The notes: generated from the letters alone by a model not told the origin. A DNA stretch of 64,000 nucleotides from Candidatus Poribacteria bacterium (GCA_965215265.1 OZ244048.1:2080001-2144000), one strand, 5' to 3'; numbered from the stretch's first letter, positions 1 to 11,300 are shown. Translations and numbers: made by a program.

Positions 1-2
1 CA

Positions 3-1493
3 TCCATAACGGGCACTGGAATTGAGCACCTTAAGCAAACTATTGTCAAACAGGTAAAGGCTGCCAACGAAGCGCAGGAGCATGATGGCATTCCGCGGCT
101 CTACGTCGACCGGGTTTTTACCCTTCAAGGCTTTGGTGTCGTGGTTACTGGCACTCTCATAGGCGGTTCCATTAATCGTGAACAACGGATGGTGCTGCTA
201 CCGCGTGGAGATGTCGTGCGCATTCGAGGCATCCAAGTGCATAATAAACCTGCGACAGCAGCTGAAGCAGGGCAAAGAACAGCGTTAAACCTCTCCGGTA
301 TCTCCGCAAACGACATTCAACGCGGCAATGTTCTCTGCCCGTCTGAATTTTCCCGGGTGACTGACAACATTGATATATCCTTACAAGTCTTATCCGGGTT
401 TCCTAGAATTCTCGAACACTGGACCCGGTTTCGCGCCTACATCGGAACATGCGAGATATTTTGCAGGTTGATTCTACTTGTTGATGAAGCCATTCTACCC
501 GGCGACACCGTTCAAGTCCAACTACGTCTAGAACGGCCGATTTTAACCTTTAGAGGAGATCGAATTATTTTGCGCGATTTTTCCGCACAACACACAGTAG
601 GCGGAGGCACAGTTATTAACCCGTTCGCACCTAAACATAAGCGCTTTACGCAAGAAACCTTTGACACCCTCGCACAGTGGGAAGAAGCCGATGATGCACA
701 CGTAGTTAACACAGTATTGAAGCAGATGCCAACTCTCTGTGTACCCGAGTCGTTCCTTTATTACTACCTGCCGCACTCAAAAGCGAACGTTGGCACAATC
801 TTCAACGCATTAGAATCGGAGAAGAAGATCGTCCGGTGGGAACCCTCAAGCCGCACCCCACTTGTCTCTGACGCTGCTCGCACCGCTGCCTATAAAAATA
901 GGATCAAAGCAGCACTGTCAGAATTTCACCAAGCACAGCCCCTTCGCACCGGTCAGAATGCGTCGCAACTTCGACTTCAACTCAAATTGGACGAAACCGG
1001 ATTTGAGAAACTGGCAGATAGACTCATTGCTGAAGGAGAACTCTTTAAAGACGGAAATCTATTGCGGTTAGCATCGCATCAAATCCAATTTTCTGAAGAG
1101 GAAGAAACCGCCAAGCAAACATTAGAGAAACTTTTCTTAGAAGCCGGTATCAATACGCCTACACTGAAAGAACTTATGACCGGTTCAGGCCGGATAACCT
1201 TAGACGAATATACACCTGAGGTTATTGAATCCACCTTTTTTGCTTTGCTCAACCTGGGACAATTTGTCAAAATAGCCGATACTTTCTTCATTCACAAAAC
1301 TGTTTTTGAGGACATCGTTGATTTATTAACCGACTTCCTTCACAAAAATGATGTCATATCGGTGGCAGAATTTAGAGAACTAGCACAAACTTCTCGAAAA
1401 TACGCAGTCCCTTTTCTGGAAGCTTGTGACGGCCGTAACATTACCATTAGGGATGGCAATATCCGAAAATTGCACCCACGATTGCAGAAATAG
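3..1493 (+). CDS. selB: Selenocysteine-specific elongation factor SelB (5' end lies outside the window)
   Basis: Frame is open from base 3: RLYVDRVFTLQGFGVVVTGTL, AGQRTALNL, DRIILRD..TVGGG, C-terminal winged-helix TSRKYAVPFLE. Adjacent to tRNA-Sec. Confidence 0.95.
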   Translation, partial: SITGTGIEHLKQTIVKQVKAANEAQEHDGIPRLYVDRVFTLQGFGVVVTGTLIGGSINREQRMVLLPRGDVVRIRGIQVHNKPATAAEAGQRTALNLSGISANDIQRGNVLCPSEFSRVTDNIDISLQVLSGFPRILEHWTRFRAYIGTCEIFCRLILLVDEAILPGDTVQVQLRLERPILTFRGDRIILRDFSAQHTVGGGTVINPFAPKHKRFTQETFDTLAQWEEADDAHVVNTVLKQMPTLCVPESFLYYYLPHSKANVGTIFNALESEKKIVRWEPSSRTPLVSDAARTAAYKNRIKAALSEFHQAQPLRTGQNASQLRLQLKLDETGFEKLADRLIAEGELFKDGNLLRLASHQIQFSEEEETAKQTLEKLFLEAGINTPTLKELMTGSGRITLDEYTPEVIESTFFALLNLGQFVKIADTFFIHKTVFEDIVDLLTDFLHKNDVISVAEFRELAQTSRKYAVPFLEACDGRNITIRDGNIRKLHPRLQK

Positions 1494-1520
1494 GAATTTC
1501 AGACTTTTTGTAGTAAACCT

Positions 1521-1614
1521 GGGAGAGGATAGGGTCCGGTGGCCCTACCGGTCTTCAAAACCGGCTTGTCCATGCAAGTGGATAGGTGGGTTCGACTCCC
1601 ACCCTCTCCCGCCA
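1521..1614 (+). tRNA. selC: tRNA-Sec (anticodon UCA)
   Basis: GGGAGAGG...CCTCTCCC-G-CCA acceptor stem, anticodon arm CCGGT-CT TCA AA-ACCGG, long variable arm, GGTTCGACTCC T-arm, 94 nt, directly after selB. Confidence 0.96.
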
Positions 1615-1622
1615 TTTTTATT

Positions 1623-1643
1623 ACGGATAGCCGGATCCGTTTT
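1623..1643 (+). terminator. Putative terminator after tRNA-Sec
   Basis: ACGGAT-agccgg-ATCCGT followed by TTT. Confidence 0.45.
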
Positions 1644-1710
1644 CCTATAGCAATCATCAAACTGACACCTGAATACAGACAAATAAACGTGCCGGTAACT
1701 TAAAACGACT

Positions 1711-2700
1711 ATGCACAAACCACTCCCGATATTTGATTCAGCAACACAAGCGCATCGGAGACATCCGGTCTGGATTAAGGCCCGCATGCCCGGCGGTAAA
1801 AATTACGCAGAACTCAAAAAATTGATGCGGAACTTAGAACTCCACACCGTCTGTGAAGAAGCAAGATGTCCTAATATCGGTGAATGCTGGAACAGCCGAA
1901 CCGCCACTTTCATGATATTAGGCGATGTCTGTACTCGACGCTGTATGTTCTGTGCTGTAAAAAAAGGAAACCCTGATGGAGCCGTCGACGTTGATGAACC
2001 CCAAAGACTTGGCGAAGCCGTCGGTTATTTAAAACTGAAACACGTCGTCATCACGTCTGTCAACCGTGATGATTTGCCGGATGGCGGCGCGCGCACTTTC
2101 GCCGCATGTATTGCTGAAGCACGTGAGAATCGCCCATCCTGTACAGTGGAAGTCCTTATCCCTGACCTTGAAGGAAATTGGGATGCACTTAAGATGATCG
2201 TCGAAGCACAACCAGAAGTGCTTAATCATAATACGGAAACCGTGCCGAGACTTTATCGGCGCGTTCGCCCCTACGCGAATTATGAGCAGACGCTAACCCT
2301 CCTCCGGATGGGCAAACACTACGCAAAAATCCTTTTTCGGAATCCAGAAACAGTAGAAATCGACAAGACAGGATTCGTCAAAACTTCATCTGGATACTAC
2401 ACACAAAAAATGCTTACAAAATCAGGAATTATGGTAGGACTAGGCGAAACCGTAACAGAACTTTTAGAAACAATGCAAGACATTCGCGATACCGATTGTG
2501 ATATTCTTACAATCGGGCAATACCTGTCTCCGTCATCACGCCACCTGCCAATTCAACGCTACTATACACCCGAAGAATTTGCAGAACTCAAAGCAGCAGG
2601 CATGGAAATGGGATTTCGATATGTAGAATCCGGGCCCCTAGTACGGAGCTCATATCATGCCGGCGAACAAGCACGTTTAGCATCAAACTTGCCGGCCTAA
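1711..2700 (+). CDS. lipA: Lipoyl synthase
   Basis: CEEARCPNIGEC motif, radical-SAM CTRRCMFC, NHNTETV, TKSGIMVGLGE, RSSYHA. Confidence 0.96.
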   Translation: MHKPLPIFDSATQAHRRHPVWIKARMPGGKNYAELKKLMRNLELHTVCEEARCPNIGECWNSRTATFMILGDVCTRRCMFCAVKKGNPDGAVDVDEPQRLGEAVGYLKLKHVVITSVNRDDLPDGGARTFAACIAEARENRPSCTVEVLIPDLEGNWDALKMIVEAQPEVLNHNTETVPRLYRRVRPYANYEQTLTLLRMGKHYAKILFRNPETVEIDKTGFVKTSSGYYTQKMLTKSGIMVGLGETVTELLETMQDIRDTDCDILTIGQYLSPSSRHLPIQRYYTPEEFAELKAAGMEMGFRYVESGPLVRSSYHAGEQARLASNLPA

Positions 2701-2720
2701 CGGTTCTCTATGTTGACATC

Positions 2721-2771
2721 GCGGGCGCAGGTTTCTAACTGCTCTCGCCTAGGTTGGGAAACCTCGCCTAC
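2721..2771. repeat. Degenerate REP-like palindrome (GTAG type)
   Basis: Left arm GCGGGCGCAGGTTTCTAACT versus reverse complement of right arm GTAGGCGAGGTTTCCCAACC. Intergenic. Confidence 0.5.
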
Positions 2772-2845
2772 CAATAAATGCACTTATGTCTTCAGATTTT
2801 ACTCTAGTGTGTACGCTTATTTCCCAAATTCTAAAAATTTTCAGG

Positions 2846-2874
2846 TTTACACAAAAACTGATTTTTGGTAAAAT
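2846..2874 (+). promoter_or_regulatory. Sigma70-type promoter
   Basis: TTTACA-17 bp-TAAAAT with TGn extended -10. Confidence 0.55.
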
Positions 2875-3321
2875 AATACCTACGAAACCCTCTTTTTCTC
2901 AGAAGGATACGCATGCGGTAAATGCCACACAGCTCACGGCAGAGGGACCACCGGCACAGGGAACGAAATAGGGCCCGATCTGACCTATATTGCTCGAACC
3001 CGGGCACCACAATTCATTGTGGTGTCGATCCTAAATCCCCGGGCCTATATCGCACCTGAATATGAAATGCTAACCATCGTCACTAAAGATGGAAAGGAAA
3101 TTACCAGCAGGAAACGTCATCTGTATGATCATGGAGGAAACGAAGATACAGAGACGTTGCAAATACTTGACAAATCAGGAAAGTTATGGACAACTTACTT
3201 CAAAAAGGATTTGAGGAGCAGCAGCACCCGACAAACAGGCGTTATGCCCGAAAACTTTGCTGATATTCTTTCAGTCAAACAGATGCATGACCTTTTGGCG
3301 TATCTGCTTACTTTGAAGTGA
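2872..3321 (+). pseudogene. 5'-truncated c-type heme-binding domain protein (Planctomycete/Verrucomicrobia CxxCH type)
   Basis: In frame with ORF 3019..3321 but upstream of it: LFFSEGYACGKCH...IGPDLTYIA..., later MPENF..LLAYL. In-frame TAA at 2869 and no canonical start codon before CxxCH (2914-2928). Confidence 0.7.
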
Positions 3322-3337
3322 AGTCTAACACATTCTT

Positions 3338-3372
3338 ATAGACGCACGTTGTAGGCGTGCATCTATTTTTTT
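3338..3372 (+). terminator. Rho-independent terminator
   Basis: ATAGACGCACG / CGTGCATCTAT stem (1 mismatch) followed by a T-run. Confidence 0.65.
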
Positions 3373-3386
3373 ACTGAGGAAAGTTA

Positions 3387-4190
3387 ATGATTCGTGTCAT
3401 AATTAATGGGGCATGTGGCCGCATGGGCATGCTCATCACACAAAGTGTTGCTCAACAAACTGAGATGAAACTCGTAGGAGCGGTTGAGTTTCCCTCACAC
3501 CCACAAATTGGCAGTGATGCCGGGGTTGTTGCAGGTATTGGCAAAATCGGAATCCCAATTACCGGAGAACTTGACGATGTGCTCGATAACGCGGATGTCC
3601 TTATCGAATTCTCCAAACCGGCAGCAACATTGGCGCATCTACAGCAGGTTGTTGCTGCAGATAAAGCAATGGTAATCGCTACAACAGGATTCACCGCAGA
3701 AGAACTCGCTAACGTACACGAACTCGCACGGAAGATTCGCTGTGTCATGGCACCCAACATGAGCCTCGGCGTCAACGTTATGATTCAAGCACTTCAATTG
3801 ATTGCTAAAGCACTGGGCGATGATTACAATATCGAAGTCATAGAGGCACATCACAACCACAAGGCAGACTCTCCTAGTGGTACCGCGCTTCGATTAGCTG
3901 AAACTGTCGCTACCGCACTCGGACGCGACTTGGCAGAAGTGGGCGTTTACGGACGCCATGGCATCGTCGGACCGAGAAGTCAAAAGGAAATCGGTATACA
4001 CGCCGTCCGCGGCGGGGACATTGCAGGAGAACATACCGTGCTCTTCGCGACAGAAGGCGAACAACTCAGCGTTGTACATCGCGCACACAGCCCTGAGGCA
4101 TTCGCAAAAGGCGCGATCCGAGCAGCACGGTGGGTGCTGGACGCACCCAGAGGACTGCACGATGTTAGCGAAGTTTTATTTCGGAATTAG
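3387..4190 (+). CDS. dapB: 4-hydroxy-tetrahydrodipicolinate reductase
   Basis: GACGRMG Rossmann motif, ATTG, APNMSLGVN, EAHHNHKADSPSGTA, RGGDIAGEH. Confidence 0.96.
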   Translation: MIRVIINGACGRMGMLITQSVAQQTEMKLVGAVEFPSHPQIGSDAGVVAGIGKIGIPITGELDDVLDNADVLIEFSKPAATLAHLQQVVAADKAMVIATTGFTAEELANVHELARKIRCVMAPNMSLGVNVMIQALQLIAKALGDDYNIEVIEAHHNHKADSPSGTALRLAETVATALGRDLAEVGVYGRHGIVGPRSQKEIGIHAVRGGDIAGEHTVLFATEGEQLSVVHRAHSPEAFAKGAIRAARWVLDAPRGLHDVSEVLFRN

Positions 4191-6219
4191 GACGAATAAA
4201 CTAACAAAAGCCAGCATTCCAGTTTTATATCTGCTCTGCTTTATCTTAGCGTGCACAGATGCACCACCTAAGCACTTTGAATGGAAAACTGTTGTCAAAG
4301 GCGACTGGAGCGCTCATCTCTACGATGTTCATTTTGTCTCTGAAAAAATAGGATGGGCTGTCGGAAATCAGGCGGGGATGCGCCCACCCTCACACCTATC
4401 CCCAGCACACCACACGCACACCGATGCTTACGAGCAGGCCTCAGAAGCAAGGACGACAGAAAGCATCATTATCCATACCGACGATGGCGGGAAAAACTGG
4501 AATCGACAACATAGCGGAATCTTCGGAAAACCGCTGCGAAAAATCTTTTTTCGGAATAGTTCTGAGGGTTGGTGTGTCGGAGAAGATGGCGTTCTCATCC
4601 GAACAACGGATGGCGGAGAGAAATGGGACCGGCTTGAAACGGAAACTGATAATAATTTACATGATATTTTTATTTTAGGAAAGACAGGCTGGGTTGTCGG
4701 GGATTGGGGCACCCTCCTCCAAACAACGGATGGCGGGCAAACCTTTAACCTAATTGAAGCAAGCATTGATGGCGACAAAGCACATGCTTTCAACAAAAAA
4801 TCCTTGCAAGCCATCCATTTTGCTGATAACATGCACGGATGGATTGTTGCATACAGTACACCGCGTAATGGTGATAGAAACTCAGGGTATATCTATGCCA
4901 CTGCAGACGGTGGGCAGACATGGCAGCAGCAATTTTCAACGGAACCCGCGCTCTTCAATCTGCATTTTCTTGACAGAATGACGGGTTGGGTAGTCGGGGA
5001 TAAACGGAGCCTGTTTTTTACAAACGATGGCGGCAATACCTGGGAATTTGTGACAGACGGAAGCAACAAACGCCACAAAGAGAATTACGGACAGCCAGAT
5101 TACCTCGGTAACGAACTGCTGCATACCTTTACACTCTACGACATCGATTTCGTAGACGCATCACACGGATGGATTGTCGGCGATTTAGGGGTGATTCTTC
5201 ACAAACAGAAAGATAAGTGGAAGCACCAACGCGGCGGCCCCCGATTTCATAACAGTGCCGATGCACTCCTTTTAGGAGTGGACTTCATCTCTAAAAAACT
5301 CGGTTGGGCAGTCGGTGAAAATGGCACAATTTTACAGACGCGTAACGGGGGTATCACATGGGAATCACAATCCAATCCGAGCCACCTCCTCGTTGATGTG
5401 TGTGCCGTTTCGCCTGAGGAAGCCTACGTTGTCGGAGACCGTGGCGCGATTTTGCAAACACGAAATGGCGGCAACGCTTGGAATACACAAGATAGCCGCA
5501 CTACCGAGTGTTTCGGGGCAACCCACTTCGTATCCACACAAAAAGGATGGGCAGTCGCCGAATCCGGCGTAATCCTACATACCACAAACGGCGGAAGCCT
5601 CTGGAAACGGCAATTCGCAGATACAGAGCAAGACCTTTTGGCGCTCTTCTTTGTCGATGAACACACAGGTTGGTGTGTCGGAAGCGGAGGAGACATTATC
5701 CACACCGAGGACGGCGGAAAGAGCTGGCAATGGCAGAAAAGCGGAACAAGTGCTACCCTCTTTGACGTGCACTTTACCTCAAAACAGAAAGGATGGGCAG
5801 TCGGTGTCAGAGGAACAATACTTTACACAGTCGACGGTGGAAAACGGTGGCACATTTCGCCCATTAGCCGACATTACGAATTCTGGTTAGATGCTGTCTA
5901 CTTCGTTTCACCCTACTCCGGTTGGATTGTTGGAATTGAAGGAACAATTCTGCACACCCAAAATGGAGGCAAAACGTGGCAACGTCAGAAAAGCTACACG
6001 CAAAATTTCCTTGATGATGTCTTTTTTATTAATGAGAGAGAGGGTTGGGCCGTCGGAAAAGAGGGCGTTGTTTTGCACACCAAAGACAGCGGCAAAAACT
6101 GGAGGCCCCAACGCACCGATACGCGGACAGATCTCAAAGCTATTTACATGGGCAGCCCGAATAACGGATGGGTGGTTGGCCAATACGGAACAATTCTCAC
6201 TTATACAGAAATAGAATAA
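4162..6219 (+). CDS. YCF48/BNR-repeat beta-propeller lipoprotein
   Basis: Many [HQ]T.DGG.TW / GW.VG..G.IL repeats. ATG 4162 with GAGGA SD and lipobox ILAC, so the ORF-track start at 3958 is an over-extension. Confidence 0.85.
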   Translation: MLAKFYFGIRTNKLTKASIPVLYLLCFILACTDAPPKHFEWKTVVKGDWSAHLYDVHFVSEKIGWAVGNQAGMRPPSHLSPAHHTHTDAYEQASEARTTESIIIHTDDGGKNWNRQHSGIFGKPLRKIFFRNSSEGWCVGEDGVLIRTTDGGEKWDRLETETDNNLHDIFILGKTGWVVGDWGTLLQTTDGGQTFNLIEASIDGDKAHAFNKKSLQAIHFADNMHGWIVAYSTPRNGDRNSGYIYATADGGQTWQQQFSTEPALFNLHFLDRMTGWVVGDKRSLFFTNDGGNTWEFVTDGSNKRHKENYGQPDYLGNELLHTFTLYDIDFVDASHGWIVGDLGVILHKQKDKWKHQRGGPRFHNSADALLLGVDFISKKLGWAVGENGTILQTRNGGITWESQSNPSHLLVDVCAVSPEEAYVVGDRGAILQTRNGGNAWNTQDSRTTECFGATHFVSTQKGWAVAESGVILHTTNGGSLWKRQFADTEQDLLALFFVDEHTGWCVGSGGDIIHTEDGGKSWQWQKSGTSATLFDVHFTSKQKGWAVGVRGTILYTVDGGKRWHISPISRHYEFWLDAVYFVSPYSGWIVGIEGTILHTQNGGKTWQRQKSYTQNFLDDVFFINEREGWAVGKEGVVLHTKDSGKNWRPQRTDTRTDLKAIYMGSPNNGWVVGQYGTILTYTEIE

Positions 6220-6284
6220 AGGCAGCGAAAAGTCCCGCAACGCCAACCGACACGCACATTACGAATTGGGACGGAGGAGCAGCA

Positions 6285-7028
6285 ATGACAGACGAACAGA
6301 AGTATCTATTTGACTTGCAAGGCTATATTGTGTTGAACGATGTCATTCCAAAGCAGGTCATCGATTCGTGCAACACGGTTTTGGACCGGTTCGAGCAAAT
6401 GCCGCCAGCGGAATATCCGCCCCCGCTGTGCCTCGGCACACAGCGAACGGAGAAAGAACTCTATATCTCTAATATCTTGGAAGCAGACACAGTTTTTAAC
6501 GCGCTCATCGATATTCCAGAGGTCCTGGACGTGGTTGCAGGAGTCACAGGTGGACCGTACCGTCTCAATCATACCTATACGATTTATCGATGGGGCGGCG
6601 GCTATACAGGCTTACACATGCACGGCACACCAATTATTCCAAAATGTCAATACCACTGCAAGAATGGCGAAATGGTTTCAACACTGACTAAGGCTGTCTT
6701 TCCGATGCTAGATTGTGACGTAGCAGATGGATGTTTCGCCGTTATTCCGGGCGCGCATAAGAGTAATTTCCCCAAACCGTGGGGAAGTCACCCCGACGAA
6801 AATCCCGTACTCACACCCATCCCCGCAAAAGCAGGTGATGCCATTATCTTTACGGAAGCACTCACACACGGCTCTGTCATTAACGTCTCCGGTAAACCGC
6901 GCAGAACCCTTTATTACTGCTATAGCATCGGTTACATGCCCGACTGGGGCGGCCAAGGCTTGAATTTTAGCGATAATGTCATGAATCAACTCAATCAAGC
7001 ACAACAAGCAATCCTTCAACTCAAATAA
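6285..7028 (+). CDS. Phytanoyl-CoA dioxygenase (PhyH) family Fe(II)/2OG enzyme
   Basis: MTDEQKYLFDLQGYIVL, IPGAHK, KAGDAIIF..LTHGS..RR. GGAGG SD before ATG 6285. Confidence 0.85.
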   Translation: MTDEQKYLFDLQGYIVLNDVIPKQVIDSCNTVLDRFEQMPPAEYPPPLCLGTQRTEKELYISNILEADTVFNALIDIPEVLDVVAGVTGGPYRLNHTYTIYRWGGGYTGLHMHGTPIIPKCQYHCKNGEMVSTLTKAVFPMLDCDVADGCFAVIPGAHKSNFPKPWGSHPDENPVLTPIPAKAGDAIIFTEALTHGSVINVSGKPRRTLYYCYSIGYMPDWGGQGLNFSDNVMNQLNQAQQAILQLK

Positions 7029-7162
7029 AAAATTCGAACAAAAATTGATAACACGGATTAAAATGCAGTTACGGTTGTTTGGAAAATGCCGTAATAGGCT
7101 CCTACGCGTTATCAGTTTCATCTACATTTACCAACTATCAGAAAGCAGAAAGGATAAACAGT

Positions 7163-8335
7163 TTGATTACAATTGCCGAACGGTTACAAAAACTTCCACC
7201 CTATCTCTTTGTAGATTTACGTCAGAAAATGGCGGCAGCGAAAGCACGCGGCGTTGATGTCATTTCTCTCGGCATCGGAGACCCGGATATGCCGACACCA
7301 GACGCAGTCGTTGAAACCCTCTGCAGTGCAATTCAGAATCCGGCAGATCCGGATAGGCACCGCTACGGTTGCGACAACCCAGTCCCGGATTTCCCACAAG
7401 CAGTCCGAGACTTCTATCAGCACCGGTACGGTGTCTCCCTAACCGATGCACAGGTAGCCATCACACTTGGCAGTAAAGATGCCATCGTAAAAATGGCGTT
7501 GGGAATACTCAACCCCGGCGACATCGGCATCGCCGCGAGCCCAGGCTATCCGACATATAACATTGGGCATGTCTTCGCCAGTGCAACGACTTATTATGCC
7601 CCTTTACTCCGCCAAAATAATTTTTACGTCGACTTTGACGCAATTCCTGATGAAATGAAACGTCTTGCTAAGGTTTTATGGATTAACTACCCAAACAATC
7701 CAACCACAGCTACCGCAGAACTTGACTTTTTCGAGCGCGCCGTCGCATTTGGGCGCGAAAACAGCATCTTAATCGCACACGATAACGCATATAGCGAAAA
7801 TACTTACGACGACTACCGGGCTCCAAGTATCTTGCAGGTAGAAGGTGCCGACGAAACCGCAGTCGAATTCTTTTCCTTGAGTAAAGCGTTCAATATGACA
7901 GGTTGGCGGTTGGGGTTTGTCGTAGGCAACGCAACAGCGGTTGAAGCTGTTAAGACAGTCAAAGATAATATCGATAACGGCTCACTCCGCGCACTTCAAT
8001 TCGCAGGTGCGAAAGCCCTTTCAATGGCAGACGACATCACACCATCACTAAATAAAATCTATCAAAAACGCCGTGATATGGTCGTCGACGCACTCATACA
8101 GAGCGGATGGACACTTGAAAAACCGAAAGCGACCATGTACGTCTGGGCACCTGTTCCTGCTCGATTTGAAAACTCCAGTCGCGCCTTCGCCACAGCACTG
8201 CTTGAAGAAGCAGGCGTGGTTGTTACGCCCGGGCTCGGCTATGGGCAATGGAGTGAAGGCTATTTTCGCATCTCTCTGACTTATCCTGACACCGTAATCT
8301 CAGAAGCGGTGAGCAGAATTCAAGATTTTTCGTAA
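7163..8335 (+). CDS. dapL: LL-diaminopimelate aminotransferase-like (class I/II PLP enzyme)
   Basis: LPPYLF, ISLGIGDPD, NYPNNPT, DNAY, SLSKAFNMTGWRLG. TTG start with AGGA SD. Near dapB. Confidence 0.75.
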   Translation: MITIAERLQKLPPYLFVDLRQKMAAAKARGVDVISLGIGDPDMPTPDAVVETLCSAIQNPADPDRHRYGCDNPVPDFPQAVRDFYQHRYGVSLTDAQVAITLGSKDAIVKMALGILNPGDIGIAASPGYPTYNIGHVFASATTYYAPLLRQNNFYVDFDAIPDEMKRLAKVLWINYPNNPTTATAELDFFERAVAFGRENSILIAHDNAYSENTYDDYRAPSILQVEGADETAVEFFSLSKAFNMTGWRLGFVVGNATAVEAVKTVKDNIDNGSLRALQFAGAKALSMADDITPSLNKIYQKRRDMVVDALIQSGWTLEKPKATMYVWAPVPARFENSSRAFATALLEEAGVVVTPGLGYGQWSEGYFRISLTYPDTVISEAVSRIQDFS

Positions 8336-8394
8336 ACTCGAATAACTGAGAAGCGGCCACGTGGACAACCTGTGCAAGCAAAACTTCCTTGGAA

Positions 8395-11300
8395 ATGGAT
8401 AGAAAAATGCCAAACCCAAAAAAGTGGAAAAGCCTTTTAGGCATACTGTTGATACAAACCGCTCTGTTCACAACCGTTGTCCTAACAAGCCGCGCTGAGA
8501 TGAAAACATACACCGTCGCCGATGGACTCGTGGCCCCCGTCGTCCGGATAATTTTTCAGGACAGCCGGGGCACCCTCTGGTTCGGTTCTGACCGCGGAGA
8601 CGTGAATCGCTTTGATAACAAAGAGCAAAAGCTTTTACCCTTAAGCGTCTATGCTGAGAAGGTTGATCCAGAGGCACTGCTAGGCACAACACTGCAAATC
8701 GTTGAAGATAAATGGGGACATATCTGGTTTCTTACCCAGCACCCATCAGAAAGAAAAGGACGCGTGAGTCAATTCAATGGGAAGGCTATTCAATACCTCG
8801 GCACCGCGAACGCACTCATCGTTGACAAACAAGGTGATGTGTGGGTAGCCGATAGCGATAGCACCGGGCCACGCCTCAGCAAGTACACAACATCCGGGGT
8901 TCAACGCCCGTTGAAAATTCAGTCCTTTGCAATTGCAGATCGGAATATCGCTCCTAACTTACAAGCATCCACTGCCAAACAGGATGTCACCGCTTGGACA
9001 ATAGAAATTATCTTTCAAGCTCAAGGCGGGAAATTCTGGTTAGGGGGCAGTGACGGGGAAAAAGGGCTAATTCTCAGTTTTCAACCCGAATCTGCTGGAA
9101 AAAAGGCAAAATTCGCAATATTGTCTCAATATCTCCGGGAAGGGAGCAGCTTAGGTCCGCATATTCAGTACACTGATACAATTCGCGCGATAACTCAAGA
9201 TACCGATGGCACCCTCTGGTTCGGCGGCCATGAATTTCTACTCGAATTTGATGGCCAAACAGTCACGCGCAGAATACCAGCACCCTGGTCGTATAGTGGC
9301 GGACAGACTCGGAGACGACGGGGACCGAATGGACGCAGAAATCAACCCCTCCATCCAGAGCAAAAAGTATCACTCAATAGAGACTCCAAAGGAACAATCT
9401 GGCTTAGCGATAAGTCCAGGGGTAGATACAACCTAAGGCGATGGGACGGTTTTGAATCCGTCCCTCTTAAAACAAATGCAATAGGTGAAGCTGATACACC
9501 ACAATATCTACGAGGCTTCTTTGAAATTCAGGATAAATCAGGAAATTTATGGTTTTCCAGCGATGCCGGCGCACACCGATACGATGCCGATTTAGTTGAT
9601 GAAATGCTCTATCGCGTCGAAGATGGACTCGGAAGCAATCGGATCAAAACCATTTTCGAAGCCATGGATGGCACCTTGTGGTTTGGACATGATAACGGGG
9701 TAACAAAATTCAATCCTAGACCTGCAATGGTGGATAGGACAACCCACTCCGCAGCCGGAATTAGCAGCGTTCGCCTCATATATGAAGACAACGCAGAACG
9801 ATTCTGGTTTAGCATACCAGGCGGCGTCGCCTTATACAACGGCGATGAACTCCGGCAGCATCAACTCACCGTGGAAATCGAAGAAACCCCACGACCGGCA
9901 TTCCCAAACCCACCATCACGAAGACAGCGCGAAACCAGAAGACGCACAGAAATTGTTAAAATTTTTGAAGTCGGAAACCAGGTGTGGTTCGTCTGCAATC
10001 GCGTCCGACGGTTTAACACAACGCGATATACGTTCTTCCGCTACGCTAACGGCAAATTCGATCAGGTTTCACTTAATGTTGAAACAGACATTGGACCAGG
10101 CGGAGAGAGACTCCACAGAAATTCTGATGTTTTAGTTTCCACCGAAGCAGAACCATGGATAGCATTTGGAGGATGGCTCTTCAAACCTAATGCATCCGGA
10201 TTACAGTGGTTATCAAACAGAGGATTCACTCAAATCTCGTTTGGGCAGACACGCAAAATTCGACACGCCGACTCCGCAATTACAGCACTTCATCGCGACA
10301 CGCACGGGCAATTATGGTACCACTTAGAAAATGGAGAAGTCTTTCGTTATCCAATTTCGCTCGACGAAGTATCAAATAGACGGCAAAGGCGACAAGCACG
10401 AATGCAACCAGAAATCTTGCCCATTAACAGTGTCATTCCTGTAGCCGGAGGTAGACATGAACATATTAAGTGGTTCTTTAGTGTCGCTACAGGTAAATTG
10501 ACACGGTGGATCGAACCGCTCATAAAAGAGACCGGAGAGGCCTCCATCATCGAACTACAAGGCAGATCCGGATCCCCGCCTGTCTCAATATGGGAAACTC
10601 CACCTTCTGAAAACACGCAAAAAAGAATCACCTTTATCTTTAAAGATAGTTTGAGCACATACGAATTGGAGAACTTACAAAGCGCGCCTACGATTACGAA
10701 TATTAACCTCGCCCCCGTCAATGCAACCCTTACATCTACCACTGGCATACTGTGGTTGGCAACATCACGCGGGGCAATACGATACGACGGAACCGCCCTC
10801 ACAACCTATGCTACAAAAAAGGAGGGGTTTCTTGTTGATGACATCCGCGACGTGAAGGAAGATAGTTGGGGCAATATATGGTTCGCCACCTGGGGCGGCG
10901 GGGTAGTCCGATATGACGGGGAAACTTTCTACGCTATTACCACCAGAGATGGCCTCAAGCATAATAACGTCTCAAAAATTCACGAATCCCAGGCGAAACA
11001 TATATGGTTTGCCACAGAAGGCGGCGTAACGCACTACACACCTGAAAACGGCGGACTACCGTTTTGTCGTCTAACCGCAATAGCCGCAGACGACACCAAT
11101 ATTGAACTTTCATCAACAGTCAATCTGCCGGCTAAACCGCAGCATATCACAATCGATTTCCAAGGCATCAGTCCACTTCGCGAACCGCTCGCTTATCAAT
11201 TTAAGTTAATTGGGCTTGACACAAATATCTGGACAGAAGTCTCTTCAAAGCAGATTGAAGCAATGCCCATTCAGCTCGATATGCCCACCGACGAGCCCAC

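Noticed and set aside
1521-1720. tRNA-Sec as an integration site
   Set aside because: No integrase and no duplicated tRNA 3' end were seen. lipA follows directly.
3958-4161. N-terminal extension of the 753-aa ORF overlapping dapB
   Set aside because: The SD, ATG 4162 and lipobox define a later start.
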